DNA of 61,211 nucleotides, counting the filler, from Sphacelaria rigidula (taxonomy: Eukaryota): the NCBI GenBank assembly GCA_964200075.2. It is 8 parts of 8 records of this genome, joined end to end, with 100 filler letters (N's around TTAATTAATTAA, not from the genome) between each part and the next. Parts side by side here need not be neighbours in the genome. Positions count along the whole stretch, not along the records: positions 30,658 to 38,221 come from CAXNAA020014315.1; positions 38,322 to 45,885 come from CAXNAA020014316.1; positions 45,986 to 53,548 come from CAXNAA020014317.1; 5 more parts are not named here. One strand, 5' to 3'. Position numbers and translations under genes: made by a program. Within the stretch, counting starts at the first letter, position 1. Each line of letters starts with the position of its first letter. Positions 36,029-48,600 of this stretch are shown piece after piece. Under the pieces are notes generated by a model that saw only the letters and a program-made list of their open reading frames with translations, had not been told where the DNA came from and did not search any database.

Positions 36029-36184
36029 ATGTTCGATGCGAGCCTTGTGGATAACGACATGAGGGTACGCGTAGCCGCAGCGAAAGCCGCGTGCTCGTTC
36101 CTTCAAGATCTGCTCATCCCGCCGTCTGGGCCGTTACTGATCGCGTGCGGGCCTCTTGTCCTGAAGATGATGTCGGTCTTGAAG
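36029..36184 (+). CDS. Importin-like, exon 5 (gene continues off the contig)
   Basis: tag|...aag|gtgaga; MFDASLVDNDMRVRVAAAKAACSFL (HEAT repeat). Confidence 0.88.
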
Positions 36185-36325
36185 GTGAGAGCTGACTTCA
36201 TATTTTGGGGGGATTCCGTGATACATCGGTAAGGTCTGACGATGTGTCGGGAGATTTCAACAAGACATGCGGTTGTGTATCCACACCACGCTCCAGCGGT
36301 ATGATTTTACCGGCAATAGTTGCAA

Positions 36326-36497
36326 TAGGCCTATACTTCACCCGGTACGTTTTCTGTCTTTTGCATTCACTGACCATATATTATCCCGGGTGTGAATTTG
36401 TACACCTATGCTAGGCCTATACTTCACCCGGTACGTTTTCTGTCTTTTGCATCCACTGACCATATATTATCCCGGGTGTGAATTTGTACACCTATGC
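36326..36497. repeat. 86-bp tandem duplication
   Basis: taggcctatacttc... at 36326 and 36412, nearly identical. Confidence 0.9.
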
Positions 36498-37094
36498 GGA
36501 GGTCGTGAGACTCCCGGTGACGGTAGCAACCGTCGAAGGTGGCCGTTGATTTCTCTCGTCTTACGTAGTCAAGGATTTGCCATTAGTCGTGGGGTTTAGG
36601 CAGTTAGATCATTCTGGAGAGCTCGATGAGCGCGAGCAAGTTGGCCATGAGAGATTACCAGGGTTTCAGACCCGGCTGTACATATATGAGAGTTTCCGGG
36701 CTCCCGAGAACTACCCCTGTAACAGCCGTTCACTAGGTTACACGTCATGGAAGGAAATCTCTCCGCACATGCCAAAATGGCGATCTCCACACCTGGAATC
36801 ATTTATACTGGAATACTGAAGTTCCGGTTCGCGGCAGACAATTTTTTCTTCTTGTACTGTAGTGGGAAAGTACCTGATTTAACTTGCTTAACTGTGAGGA
36901 CGAGAGTAACGAGAGTAGCAAGAAGGGCTTATTCAACGAGAGTCGATGCCGTACAGGAATGCACATTCAATACCGCGAAACCAAAGCCGCAAGCCGTGTG
37001 CCGGGGAAGGGATGGGGTGATCCTTTGAAATCACGATGAGATTGTCCCGAGGAAGGGGAGGGTGCAAGGGTATCGCGGTGAGGACGAATGATCA

Positions 37095-37335
37095 CGACTA
37101 AGAATCACCAATCCACGATTTATTCGGCCTGGTTGCCCAAAAGAGAGAAAAAAATTGACCGCTGGTCCAAGGGGTATCCACGCAACTTTTGCGCCATTCC
37201 ACGTGTCTGGACTGTTTGTACCTGTGTTGCAACGCTGAAAACAAAGCCTAGGAATTTATTCGTACGAGTCGAATCAGTTCTACTAAAGCCAAGTAATTTC
37301 CAGACGAATCATTGATTTGTCCGACCCTTGAAGGG
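37095..37335 (+). repeat. SINE family S1 (other copies 38036-38221, ~42280-42515, fragment 7666-7745)
   Basis: Shared body aatcacca(a)atccacga...ttgaccgctggtcc...aagcctag...aagtaatttccagacgaatcat; B box gggttcgaatc at 38037. Confidence 0.75.
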
Positions 37336-38389
37336 TATGACGAGACCATGCATGTGAGTGTATATGTATATATGTATATATCGGGAAAGTTTGACGATGC
37401 TTCCGGAGGGTTTGGCGATGCTTTGGCAGGTTTGGCGATAAATGGGAAGACTCCGTTGGTCGCCCAAAACACCGTGTGGTGGCATCTTGAGGCGGCACTC
37501 GAGGGCGCAGGTGCCGTCGTCGCTCAACTCGTGGATGCTAACCTATATTTATGTAATGTACTACTGGTACAGCTCGTAGCGTCGACCTAGTGCTGTCGAT
37601 GCTAGATACCCATACGATCAAAACGATACGCCGTATTGTTTCGATACAACGCTGACAACATTGGTTCCCGTACGTGGTGTACATTTACTTATTTTTAGCT
37701 TGGGCTTGTTCCTTGTCACTCTTCACGACGAATATTATATTGCCGTTGCTCCTTGCGTGTTCCTTGACCCTTCTAGCGTCCATGCGTTATTGTGTGTGTG
37801 TGTGCTGTGATCCCATCTATTCTGGTCGCGAGTTGGCTCCTTCCGGTGGATGTTGACGCATCAGCCGGGATCACAGGAGGAAGGTCAACGGATGATTTTC
37901 TTCTTGTCATTTTTAATTTGTTTTCAGCCCTCCACCTTCCTTCTGCGGTGCTTGCCGTAATGCGAGGAGGGTTCAGCAGTCTCTTTCCCTCTCCGATCCT
38001 AAGGTCGAATGTTGCACGGGTAGGATGAACCATCACGGGTTCGAATCACCAAATCCACGATTTTTTCGGCCTGGTTGCCCAAAAGGGAGGAAGTTGACCG
38101 CTGGTCCAAGGGGTATCCACGCAACTTTTGCGCCATTTCACGTGTCTGGGCTGCGTGTGCCTGTGTTGCAACGCTGAAAACAAAGCCTAGAGATTGATTC
38201 GGACGAGTCGAATCAGTTATANNNNNNNNNNNNNNNNNNNNNNNNNNNNNNNNNNNNNNNNNNNNTTAATTAATTAANNNNNNNNNNNNNNNNNNNNNNN
38301 NNNNNNNNNNNNNNNNNNNNNCCCCCCGGGGGGGCCCCCCCCGCCGGGGGGGGGCGGGGGCCGGGGGGGTCCGCGCGGAGGGGGGGGGG

Positions 38390-38735
38390 GGGGGGGGGGG
38401 GTTACTCATGATCTTGCATGCCATAGTCATATGATCATTGGGCTCGTATCCCTATAAAGCGGGGACGGAGCACGCCGGGTTTTTAACAGATCAGGCTCGC
38501 AATCAGTCACCAAGCGCGAAGCGCCGTGATGTGTTCGGCGAGTCACATGAAAGGTGAGCTACATCCTGCAAAGATTGCTCGGCCCGAAGCGTACCTAATA
38601 TCTTGCACATGGATGGGGGGGGGGGGTGTACTCGTGATCATGCACGCCATGGTCATAAGACCATTGACCTCACATCCCTAGAAAGCAGGGGCGGAGCACG
38701 CCGGGTTTTCGCGGGGCCCAGGCTCGCACTCAATT
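38390..38735 (-). repeat. Two tandem family R1 3' fragments
   Basis: poly-G-gttactcatgatc at ~38400 and poly-G-tgtactcgtgatc at ~38625, each followed by R1 body. Confidence 0.8.
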
Positions 38736-39490
38736 ATTGGGGGGGGAAGGGGGGGGGGGGGGGGGGGGCATTGACCACAGATCTCTTTCGAGACGGAGCA
38801 CGGGAGGAGGAAATTGGGATTGGGGATTTGTTTATGTATTTACTGCTTCGACAAGAATATTCACTAATAATTTATTGATGATTGATCACTTTCTTGAGGA
38901 TTTTTTTTTATTATTTCTGTTTTCGTTATTGCTTCCTTGTCTCTTCTTTTGTTTCTGCACGACCTCCCTACCGGACGCCATGCGGTTTCGGGTATATATC
39001 GACCCTGCAGTAATTGTTTTCATTTTCTTTTTTCGTTTGATTACCGGTGATGGCGGTTTCTACGATTTAAAGCATGACATTGAGGGAAAATTCGTCTTGG
39101 AGTTTGTAATCTCCATACCGAAACAGTTATAAGGGCGCTGATTGGTCGAGGTACCTTTTCGCCTTGAGTGCTACCATTACGGCCTTGAACACAAATCCGG
39201 CTATATCACGCCCTTCAGCTGTCCATGGCGGGTCAGTATGGTAACATGCATGCGACTACTTGGTAGGTATTGCAAAAGGCATTTGCTGATTACACAATTT
39301 TGGGTGATGCGCGTGAATAAGCCTGCAGTGTATTTTTGTTTGTTTGTTATTTGTTGTTGTTGTTGTTAATATTTCCATCACATTAGCTCGATTTCTCGCA
39401 TCCATGGTCACAGTGCAAAGCTTTAGGTCAGAATCAGGAACGCTCGTAGACAGGAAACTCGAGAAGAAAGGGTCAAGCATAGAAAAGAAT

Positions 39491-39503
39491 ACACACGCGC
39501 GCG

Positions 39504-39545
<42 letters not shown>
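39491..39545. repeat. Compound (GC)n(AC)n microsatellite
   Basis: Direct reading. Confidence 0.95.
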
Positions 39546-39546
<1 letters not shown>

Positions 39547-41843
39547 CAGAAAGGAAATAGATGGCCAAGATGCAGTGAAACAAGTGAGTCAAGACGGCAG
39601 TCCATCACAAGCCGGCAACGCTTTTCCGAGAGAAAAAATGACAGGGTCCCTGTCCGGGGGTCGCGGCGGTAAGATCGACTGCTCAGACAGCTGTGGGGTT
39701 GACCTCAATGACCCCCTCTTCTCCCCCCACCTTCCACCTCTTCCCACCTCTCGAACCCTGCCTATGTGACAGATAGCGATCCGCTATCGATACCTGCTGC
39801 TTGTGCCACCATCCCGCTGTGCCGATTCACGCATTGAGCTAAACCGCATCGTGTTCGATTCTCCCGCATACCACCGTACAGTATCGTCTTTCGATCCTTC
39901 CACCCTGGGTCTTAATTTTTCTGAGTTTGGTAAACCCCAGCTCTTGATCCGGACCCGATTCCCCACCCCCCCCGGTGCTCCGTCTCGAAAGGGATGCGTG
40001 GTCAATGGTCAAACGAATGAGGCAAGCAACAAATGAGTACGCTCTCCCTTCGATTCAGTTTTGACGTGAAGCCTCTAACATCGACATATCTGCGTAATGT
40101 GGGGCCCAGTTATGCGAGCTCAACAGTCCACAAAAGCATGTTAAATGTGCAGATTGGTACTAGAGGAAGGTGTCACAGTCACAGCTGCAGCAGGGGAAGT
40201 CGCTGATGACCCGGTCTGCATTGAAACGGTGGATACCCACGGTGCGTGGGATTACATGTTTTTTCAACACCATGCTGTCTGATGACGGCTATAGTGGGTA
40301 CAGGGACACTGGAGCACGCAGGCTGCGACGGATCCTGCCGCCCTCATCATCAATCTTCGCCCAGTTATGCATGGGTAAGAGCTCAAGAAACCCAGCAAAC
40401 AAGCATCGTTTACGGTCCGCTATATATATGAGGGTTGGGAGCTGAACATTTCCACTTAAAAAAAATCGACAGTCGAAGGTTGAGCTCCTATCGCGCGACC
40501 AGTGGGTAGTGCCACGGACCCTTGCCAGCGTACCTGACACTGGGGGCGACATCCCGGTGCAGACAATCCCATCACTACCGGGACGGCCGTGCAAACAGGC
40601 CGGTAGCCGGAATGGCCGTTGCACTGGTGTTCTTCTAGCGTCATTAAGTTAGAGTGCGGCCGCACAGGCTTTGCACGTGAAAATTTCGGTGATTGCCCCA
40701 CTTCCACTTCGGCCATGTGCTGTGGATTATTTGTACGATCCCACCGCCTGATATGTGTGGAAATGTAGTACATGCTGGAAAGAGATTTCTACAGTCAGTG
40801 TACGATTTATAACAATGTACTGCGCACAGTATGGAAGCTGTTATTGCCTACTACGACGTGCGCAATACTTGTGGTGGGAACTGCGCGCAGTATCACTTTT
40901 AAGACAGTGTAGAAATCTCCTCGCGGTATGAACGGTTACAGCCGGCTTACGCGCCATAGCGGCTGTGTTACCATACAGCTCCGCCCAAGATACAGGCAGG
41001 TGTTGAAGCGGTGGAGGCGGTCTATTACTTCTGCGTGCGGCACCTAGGGAAAATGCACGCTTGGCTGCAACGCCGACCGCAGGGGTGGTACACCACGTAC
41101 ACACAGACAGCAAGCAGTATCATACACACGAAGCATATACTGTATACAAGTGTGATTTGAAATCCGTGCGCGCGGGTGTGGGGGTGGGGCCGGCATGTAG
41201 AGAACCCTGCACAAGTTCGCCGTGTACTACCGGGACGCGACTTTTTTTCAGTAGTAATCGCTTGCGATGTGTGCTGTGATGACGGGTCTCGTACGTGATG
41301 GTGCTTTTTCCACCTCCGCACACCGCCCGTGAAACGAGCTCTTCATGCTGGAAGTGCCCACCCCTCTTCCCATTATGAATTCCGGTCTTGGTCTGAGACA
41401 AATGAAACAGCGGATCATGACAGCATCTACTGGAAGGTACACGTTCCCCCACACAAATGCCTCCATAATATGGAAAAAAGAATAACACTGATATATTTTC
41501 GACTTGCGTCACCCCCGGGAGGCCAGTACCAACCTCCTTGTATATATATACACACTATTTATCTGCCCCTCGTTTCGTTTCTTTGTTCCAGTTTTTTTTT
41601 TCTTCTGTTTGGTCCTTGGTGCTACATCTCTTCAATATATTCAAATAGAAGATATATTCACCTTCGTCTCTTTTGTTTTTCTTTCTTCACCCACTACTGT
41701 CCCCTCCGTTCGGTCGTTTTGTTGTCGGTATTTCATATTTTTTGTCGTTACATACTTTGTTCCGTTACTTTTTTTACATTTTTTTTTTATCGCATCCATT
41801 TCGGCGTTGGTTTATTTTCGTATTGTGTGGTTTTTTCTGGCAG

Positions 41844-41918
41844 GAGATGCTCGATACTGGACTTGGAAGTAAGCGAGATTGGGGCGCGCCGCACGAAGAA
41901 CAGATGAGGACCTGGAAG
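41844..41918 (+). CDS. Probable upstream exon of SGNH/PAF-AH-like gene (GC donor)
   Basis: ttttttctggcag| EMLDTGLGSKRDWGAPHEEQMRTWK |gcaagc; W-xxx-H resembles the pre-GDS helix of PAF-AH1B-type proteins. Confidence 0.4.
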
Positions 41919-43374
41919 GCAAGCGGACAGTATTTTACGACGGCGACGTAAACTGTACAAAAGAGCACGGAACATATTTTTTTGTAGACGAGGATGATGT
42001 GGTGAATGGTGGATGAACACAAATGCTTGTAATTAATTCGGATCCGCAGTGTGGTGATTGATCGGGGGTTAATCTTCTGTTTCATGAGCTGAGCTTTTTG
42101 CGGGCCAATTCACGTGCGGCAATCAATGAATCAATCCATGGATCGATCTACTTGTCTATCGGGTAAGGGCGTGTCTTATATCAGAGCACTTTGAGCCTCC
42201 CTCTCCCTCTTCCCACTCCCTCCCCCTTCCCCCCCCAGGAAAAGCGTCGGGATTGGTCACGGTTCGGACGAATCATTGCCGGTTTAAATCACCAAATCCA
42301 CGGTTTTTCAGGCCTGATTGCATAACAAAGGGCAACAAGTTGACCGCCGGTCAAAAAGGTCTCCACGCATTTTTTGCGCCATTCCACGTGCCTGGGCTGC
42401 TCGTACCTGGGTTGCGACGCTGAGAACGAAGCCTAAGGATTGATTCGTACGGCACGAATCAATCACACTAAAATCAAATAATTTCCAGACGAATCATCAA
42501 TTCGTCCGACCCTCGGAATTGATTCAGAGCAAGTTCATTTCGTTTTGCGTCAAGTGGGAACCGAGTGAATTTGGAAGTACACCGTGAGGTAATGTAGTGG
42601 ATGGTGATGCTAGCAACCAACGGTGAATAGTACCTACTCCTCCCTCTCCAAAGTTTTTCGCACGGTGTGTGCACGAGACACGATACGTTGCCTCCGATGC
42701 AGCTCCCGGTAGATTAGACCGTATTAGTTCTCAGCAATGATAGCTCATTCATTTGCATGTTTAATAATTTTTTTTTGTCCATCGGTTACGAACTGAAGCA
42801 GCATCGCATGACGTTGCTGTTGGGGATAGGGACTTGGGCCGTGTCTTACCAAATCGTTTTCGACTCGAAAACGTACGGTGGAATCGAATTTGCTCGTACC
42901 TGATACCTCTACGGCATCATCAACGATCTGAGAAAATATATAGCGTGGACGAATCAGAAAGGAGCGAATCCGATTCGACCGCACGGTTTCGACAAGGAAA
43001 ATTTTTGATAAGGCACGGCCTTTCTATTACCAGCCTGACTGGACTAAACACAAACGGCGTATTTTCAAACGGCGGGGTTCGGAGCCAAACTGGGGGAAAC
43101 CGGTCTCATATCAATTCATCAATTCATCAATTCATCAATCCGTCTACGGGGGAGATCGACGAAATTATGCACGCTTCGTCAGACGTATTATGGTATGCAT
43201 CGATCGGGCCTCGAAAATCCAAGAACTGAACCAAGACCAAATGCCTGAAAACAAAATTGACCGTTCGACCGCTGCCGGGGGTGGGTGGCGATCGGGGTAT
43301 CACGTTCACTTCTTGAGCGAAAGCGAAGGTGGTTCAACAGATAACCCTACCCTGGTGGAGGAAGGGTTGAAAAC

Positions 43375-43710
43375 CAAATTCAAATCACTTCACTTCACTT
43401 CAATTCACCTCAATTCATTTCAATACAATCTTATTCAATTCAAATCGAATCAATTCAATTCAATTCGAATCGAATCGAATCGAATCAACTCAACTCAACT
43501 CAACTCAATTCGATTCGATTCGGTTCAATTTGATTCAATTCAATCCAATTCAATCTAATTCAATTCAATTCAATTCAAATCAAATCAAATCAAATCACAT
43601 CACATCAAATCACATCAACTGAATTGAATTGAACTGAATTGAAATCGAATCGAATCGAATCGAATCAAATCAAATCAAATCAAATCAAATCAAATTATGC
43701 AAATTCAAAT
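43375..43710. repeat. Degenerate pentanucleotide satellite (AATTC/AATCG/AACTC/AAATC)
   Basis: Direct reading; followed by (ACCAGA/ACCAAA)n at ~43845-43900. Confidence 0.9.
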
Positions 43711-44254
43711 CGTAGAACCAGAACAAACCACCCGCCGACAAAACAACCAATAGCTTCATCTCATGTCGTCAATCATTTCTGGATGTGAACCTGCTTACAA
43801 CGAATCGAGGCAACATCAAATCAAATGAAACGAATCAATATCAAGACCAGAACCAGAACCAGAATCAGAACCAGAATCAAAACCAAAACCAAAACCAGAA
43901 CAAACCAACGGACACAACAACCAAGAACTTCATTGTATGCCGTCAACCGTTTCTGCGCGTGAACCCGCGTTACAAACGAACCGGGGGCCCCGGAAACACG
44001 CTTCATACTTTTCTCCCGAGCCCCGCAGCTCGCTTCCCTTGCGACTCCGATTGTTTGTGCGGGGAAAGAAGGAAAAAAACAAACAAACAAGAAAAAAAAC
44101 GGATATTTTAAGGGAAACGGCGGTGATTCCAGGTCCCGCCCTCCTTTCCGAACCCTTTCATGGCTGACTTACTCTCCTCCTGAAGCCTCAGCACCATGTG
44201 TTTCTCCTTCACGGAGGCACCTCGACTGTAGTGCATTACTACCCCAGCCGCCGC

Positions 44255-44560
44255 GCCCCTGTGGTGTAATGGTCCGACTGTGACCATTAGGGTGGAGAAA
44301 ACGAGGGTTCGATTCCCGATGCGTTGGGCTTTTCCTTCGTAATGTCTGATTTTCACGGTGGAAAGCGCGAGAGCCTGAGTAAACAAAGTAGTCGACTGAG
44401 CTTGTTTGACGTGAGTTGACGCGGTGCGGGAGTACTGTCCCGATCCGCGAGACCTAAATGCAAGGCGTGTCCCGGGGAGAGATGGGTTGATCTCTTGAGA
44501 CTGTTAGACCACGGACTCGTCCCGAGGAAAGGAAGTAGGGGTTCAGAGTGTGACAAACAG
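44255..44560 (+). repeat. tRNA-derived SINE (family S2)
   Basis: A box tggtgtaatggt, B box gggttcgattccc (~44305); body similar to ~36870-37080; no intact cloverleaf. Confidence 0.55.
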
Positions 44561-45494
44561 CCCAATTCCCATTCTCCCGCTTGTCAACTTATTCTCCTTG
44601 CCTATTCTCCCGCTCCGTCACCTATGCTCCCGCTTATTCTTTCATAAATTCCCCGCATGTTCCCCTTGCTCACTCCATTACGGATTCTCTCACTTATCAT
44701 CCCGCCCAATCTCTTGACCACAAGTAGAGTGTGGGACCACGTGTAGTTTTGTCGTACCTGCTCGTGTGTGTGTGTGTGTGTGTGTTGTCCAAAACATCAC
44801 GTGACCGTCATCGGCGGGTCCTATTACATATGATGAATCTATTCAGTATGTACGTGAGCAAAAAAAAAAGAGTTGTAATTATAGTAATTACAAGCCGCAC
44901 GGGACCCGGGGCTGCACCCCGATCCCGTCCGTCTTTTCCGAGGGTCTCGATATTCTTGCCTTGCCAAGCCCTCGTGAAAGCCCTCGTGAGAATACATCCT
45001 CTCTCGAAATAATGTTCATGCCCGCCGGAAACATTGTAGGACCACCGCGATCGCGCGTCCGTTCGAACGGTCGTGAACGCATGTGTACCCCCGCACAATG
45101 TAAAGTACGAATCCGCTAACCGGATCCCTAGAATTGACATTGGTCCGAACAGTCATCTCCCGGGCCGGGTGCGGAGGAACTTGAACAGTAAAGTCAACAT
45201 TGAATCTCGTGGACGCTTCGTTACAAAGTATGCTTCACGCTCGTGAGTTCCAAATATTCTTTGTACTAGTATATACTTGAGCGTTCGTTTGCACACTTTC
45301 CCCCGCCTGCTCGGCCTTTTTTTGTGTTGCTTCTCCCCTCCTCACATGATATTTTCGAACACTGTTGATAGTGCCAAGTGTTGTCCTGATGCGTTTTTGT
45401 TTTTGTTTTTTCCATTCTTCCTTCCACTTGGCATGTTTGTGCCTTGTCATGTGTTCGTCCCTCATGTCATTGTCGGGGGTGCGGGGTGATCCAG

Positions 45495-45605
45495 GAATAC
45501 TATGAGCCGTTGGGCGCCTTGAACTTGGGTGTGGCTGGTGATCAGACGCAACATTTGCTGTGGCGGTTGCAAAATGGAGAGTTGCCCAGCGTGCTCAAGC
45601 CGCAG
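45495..45605 (+). CDS. SGNH/GDSL hydrolase, PAF-acetylhydrolase 1B-like, internal exon
   Basis: ccag|...cag|gtacgc, 111 bp; YYEPLGALNLGVAGDQTQHLLWRLQNGEL matches the block II signature NxGIGGDxTxHxLWRLxNGEL. Confidence 0.9.
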
Positions 45606-48600
45606 GTACGCCGTTTTGAAAAAAAAAGTGCTCTTTTTTTTTCGCTTTTTTTTCGCTTTTTTTCCGCACGTGGATTTTGTGTTTCGGTTTCCTTCGTTTT
45701 CGAGCGTACTACGAGCTGGGCCAGTCTTGAGGCGGGTTTGAAGTTTACATGCGTTTGCTCACCCCAATATTAAGAGTTGGAGCGTAAAAATTAGTATGGA
45801 TAATGCATGGGGCATTAAAAAAAAAAATTACGTCGGTATCATTTTTTTTTTTTTTTTACTACATCTTTAATTTTTATTATTTCGGNNNNNNNNNNNNNNN
45901 NNNNNNNNNNNNNNNNNNNNNNNNNNNNNTTAATTAATTAANNNNNNNNNNNNNNNNNNNNNNNNNNNNNNNNNNNNNNNNNNNNGGGGGGGCGAGGGAG
46001 GAGAGGTTCCACACCACATCGACAGAAGGAGGGGCGAAAAGAGCCAGCCCCCCCCCCCCCCCCCCCCCCCTCTCCTCTAGAAAATCACCGGTAAGCCGTG
46101 GAAGGCGGCTCATCGTGATCTCGAGACACCGAGCATTCTCGAGAACGAACAGGGTACTCGATGTCCTGGAGAGCGAACACGGTACCGCTGCAGACCCGCA
46201 ACTTCCATTGGTTGAACCAACCTATAAATAAACTCTTCTCAGCGATCTGGGATATCAGCTGAGGCTAGTCTAGCGGGAGTCTCGCGATCTCCGCGGACAA
46301 CAAGCTCTCCTTTGAGTTAGGCTCAGACACAGGCACCAATGCAAGGGAAGGTCGCAACGTCGCGAGGGACGCCGAAAAAAAGAGACACGTACAGAGTTAG
46401 CATACAGCAGTGTCCATGCCGTTAACAGATACAACGCGACAACGGTGCGCCACCACCAGCGCACCACCTGCAATAAAACTGCCACGCCATAGCTGAGCAT
46501 CTCCTCTTCCGGTCGAGAGTATTCCACCCCACAGGCGATATACCGTGTAACCCGTGGTCCCCCGATTCCTGACTGGCGTAGAACGGGGCGGTCACTGACA
46601 GCAAAGCAGCGATTTTTCATATATTTCGGGTATGAACGCACGTGCTTTCCCACAAGAGCTTTGCCGCCTGAAGCCATGTTGGATAGGCCGATTATTTCTA
46701 GTTTTGCTTCTTATTTGTGTTGTTATTATTCAATTTTGTCTCTTCTACTTATGTTTTCTTCACTGTTGTTCGCCGAGTGTTTCCGTTATTTTTCACCTTC
46801 TTGGGTACGTTATCTTGTGGATAATGAACACGACTGGATCCCTCGGGGATCACCATGTGCCACAATCAATCAAATAATCAATCAATCATTTTCAGTAGTT
46901 AATGTAGGGTTGATTTGTGGCATACTGAGCTCGAGGCGTTGGTATGGTGCGTGCCGCATATTACGATGCTATGCCAAAATGAGACTTCCAACCTAACGGG
47001 CTGAGATCACCCTTTGTCGCAGGTCTTACTGAGGCCGCTATGAGAAGGCGACCGAGCGTACACTCCTCAGTACGTTTTTTGGGGGGGGGAAAACAATGCC
47101 ACTCCAACTTGAAAATGAAATCTCGAAGCCTCCCGCAGCTCCCAAATGCAATGTAACCCTTGATATTATGTTCCACGAGAAGGTACACCGCCACTTCACA
47201 GCACGGGGCATCTCAACACACAAACTGGTTTTTAGAGTACGGGTACATTGCCCTACCGTGGCTCACACCCGCTATCGCCACTGCATAACTGTGTTATTTG
47301 GATGCACACCTGGCCTAGTTATATTCTTGTATGATGACGATGGAATATGTTCGATCATATCAGGACGCCCGATCTCTCGTATAGCCGAAACAAGGAGATG
47401 CTGGCCAAAATATCAACACGCGGTTCAAAAGTTGAACCTGGTCTAGTGGCGAGGGGTTACGTCTCTCAGATTAGCCCCCCCCCCCCCCCCCCCCCCCCCC
47501 ACCCCCCCCCTTTTGTTTTTTTTTTTTTTTTTCTTTTCTTAACTATAAAACAACAAAACGGATCGAGGGGGGGATTNNNNNNNNNNTTTTCTTTTGGTCT
47601 TTTCCTTTAAAAATTTAAAATTGTTGTGGGGGGGGGGGGTGTGGGTCTTTGCTTTTCCCCCCCCCCCCCCCCCCCCCCCAACCCCCAATTTTTGGCCTTG
47701 TAATTTTTTTTCACGTTCTGTTCAATAATAACAAATGTTGGAGCATTATGACGGCCTCTGTCAGCCGGTGATGACTTACAGGAGTATTTCCAACGGAATC
47801 AAACAACTGGCCTGCTGAGCTGATCTTTGCCTACACCTCCCTTGTAAGGTGCGGCGAGAGCTCCAGGAAGCTCCTAAACTCGGGGGGTTTTCTCGGCACT
47901 TTTCCCGCGGTAACTTTCCCACGGTGGTTTCTTCACGGTACTTTTCCTGCGGTTTATGGAACTTAACCGCAGTTCCGCACAAGTTTGAAAAAACTACAGC
48001 GCTGTGCTGTGCGTGCCATGTCATCACAAGACCATATTTTGCATTTCCGTGGTATGCTGGACCGCGATTCGCTGGCACCTTACCGCACGTACCGTGAACG
48101 ACGATTACCGTACTCCTAATATAAATCCCGCGTGGGACCCAACATCCGTTGTGAAGTGTGGCTCAGAGGCACACGTGTTGTCCTCACGGTGTCCTGGACT
48201 GAAATTTGAATCCCCCGCGCACATTTTTCTTCCATATATATTTCTAGCTTTCGACGGCTGTTGCAGTCGGTACAATTTGACAAACAAAACAATGCAACAA
48301 CTATATTCATATCAGATATCGAGAGGGTTGGCCAGTGCTGCCGTACATACCCTAAAAGTCAGCGGTTTCATATTCTCGCTGTGATAATTTATTGGGGAGA
48401 GGCCAAAAGCCAGCAAAAAGAAGTGACCTATTATAGCTATCAGAAATAGGGGTGCCATCAACGAGATTGAGAGTTGAGAAAAACACGATAGAATCACCAA
48501 GATATTCGGATAGGCACCAGAGGGCGCTCAAAAATCGCGTTTCAAAACGCGTTCATTTGGTGCGGGTTCCCTCTTTTTCACGTTCAAGAAGGCCGTACGA

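Noticed and set aside
38322..38400. G-quadruplex or GC hairpin regulatory element
   Set aside because: Contig-edge homopolymer sequence, likely low quality (also 47475-47680, which contains Ns).
40160..40380. Exon-like segment ending in a gtaag donor (WVQGHWSTQAATDPAALIINLRPVMH)
   Set aside because: Cannot be linked to any gene or family from the sequence alone.
43190..44111. N/Q/S/I-rich ORFs as prion-like proteins
   Set aside because: Translations of penta- and hexanucleotide microsatellites.
44255..44330. tRNA gene
   Set aside because: A/B boxes are present, but the acceptor, anticodon and T stems do not pair; treated as a SINE head (same for ~23300).
31598..45605. Importin-SGNH hydrolase fusion or gene cluster
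   Set aside because: The exons are on different, artificially joined contigs.
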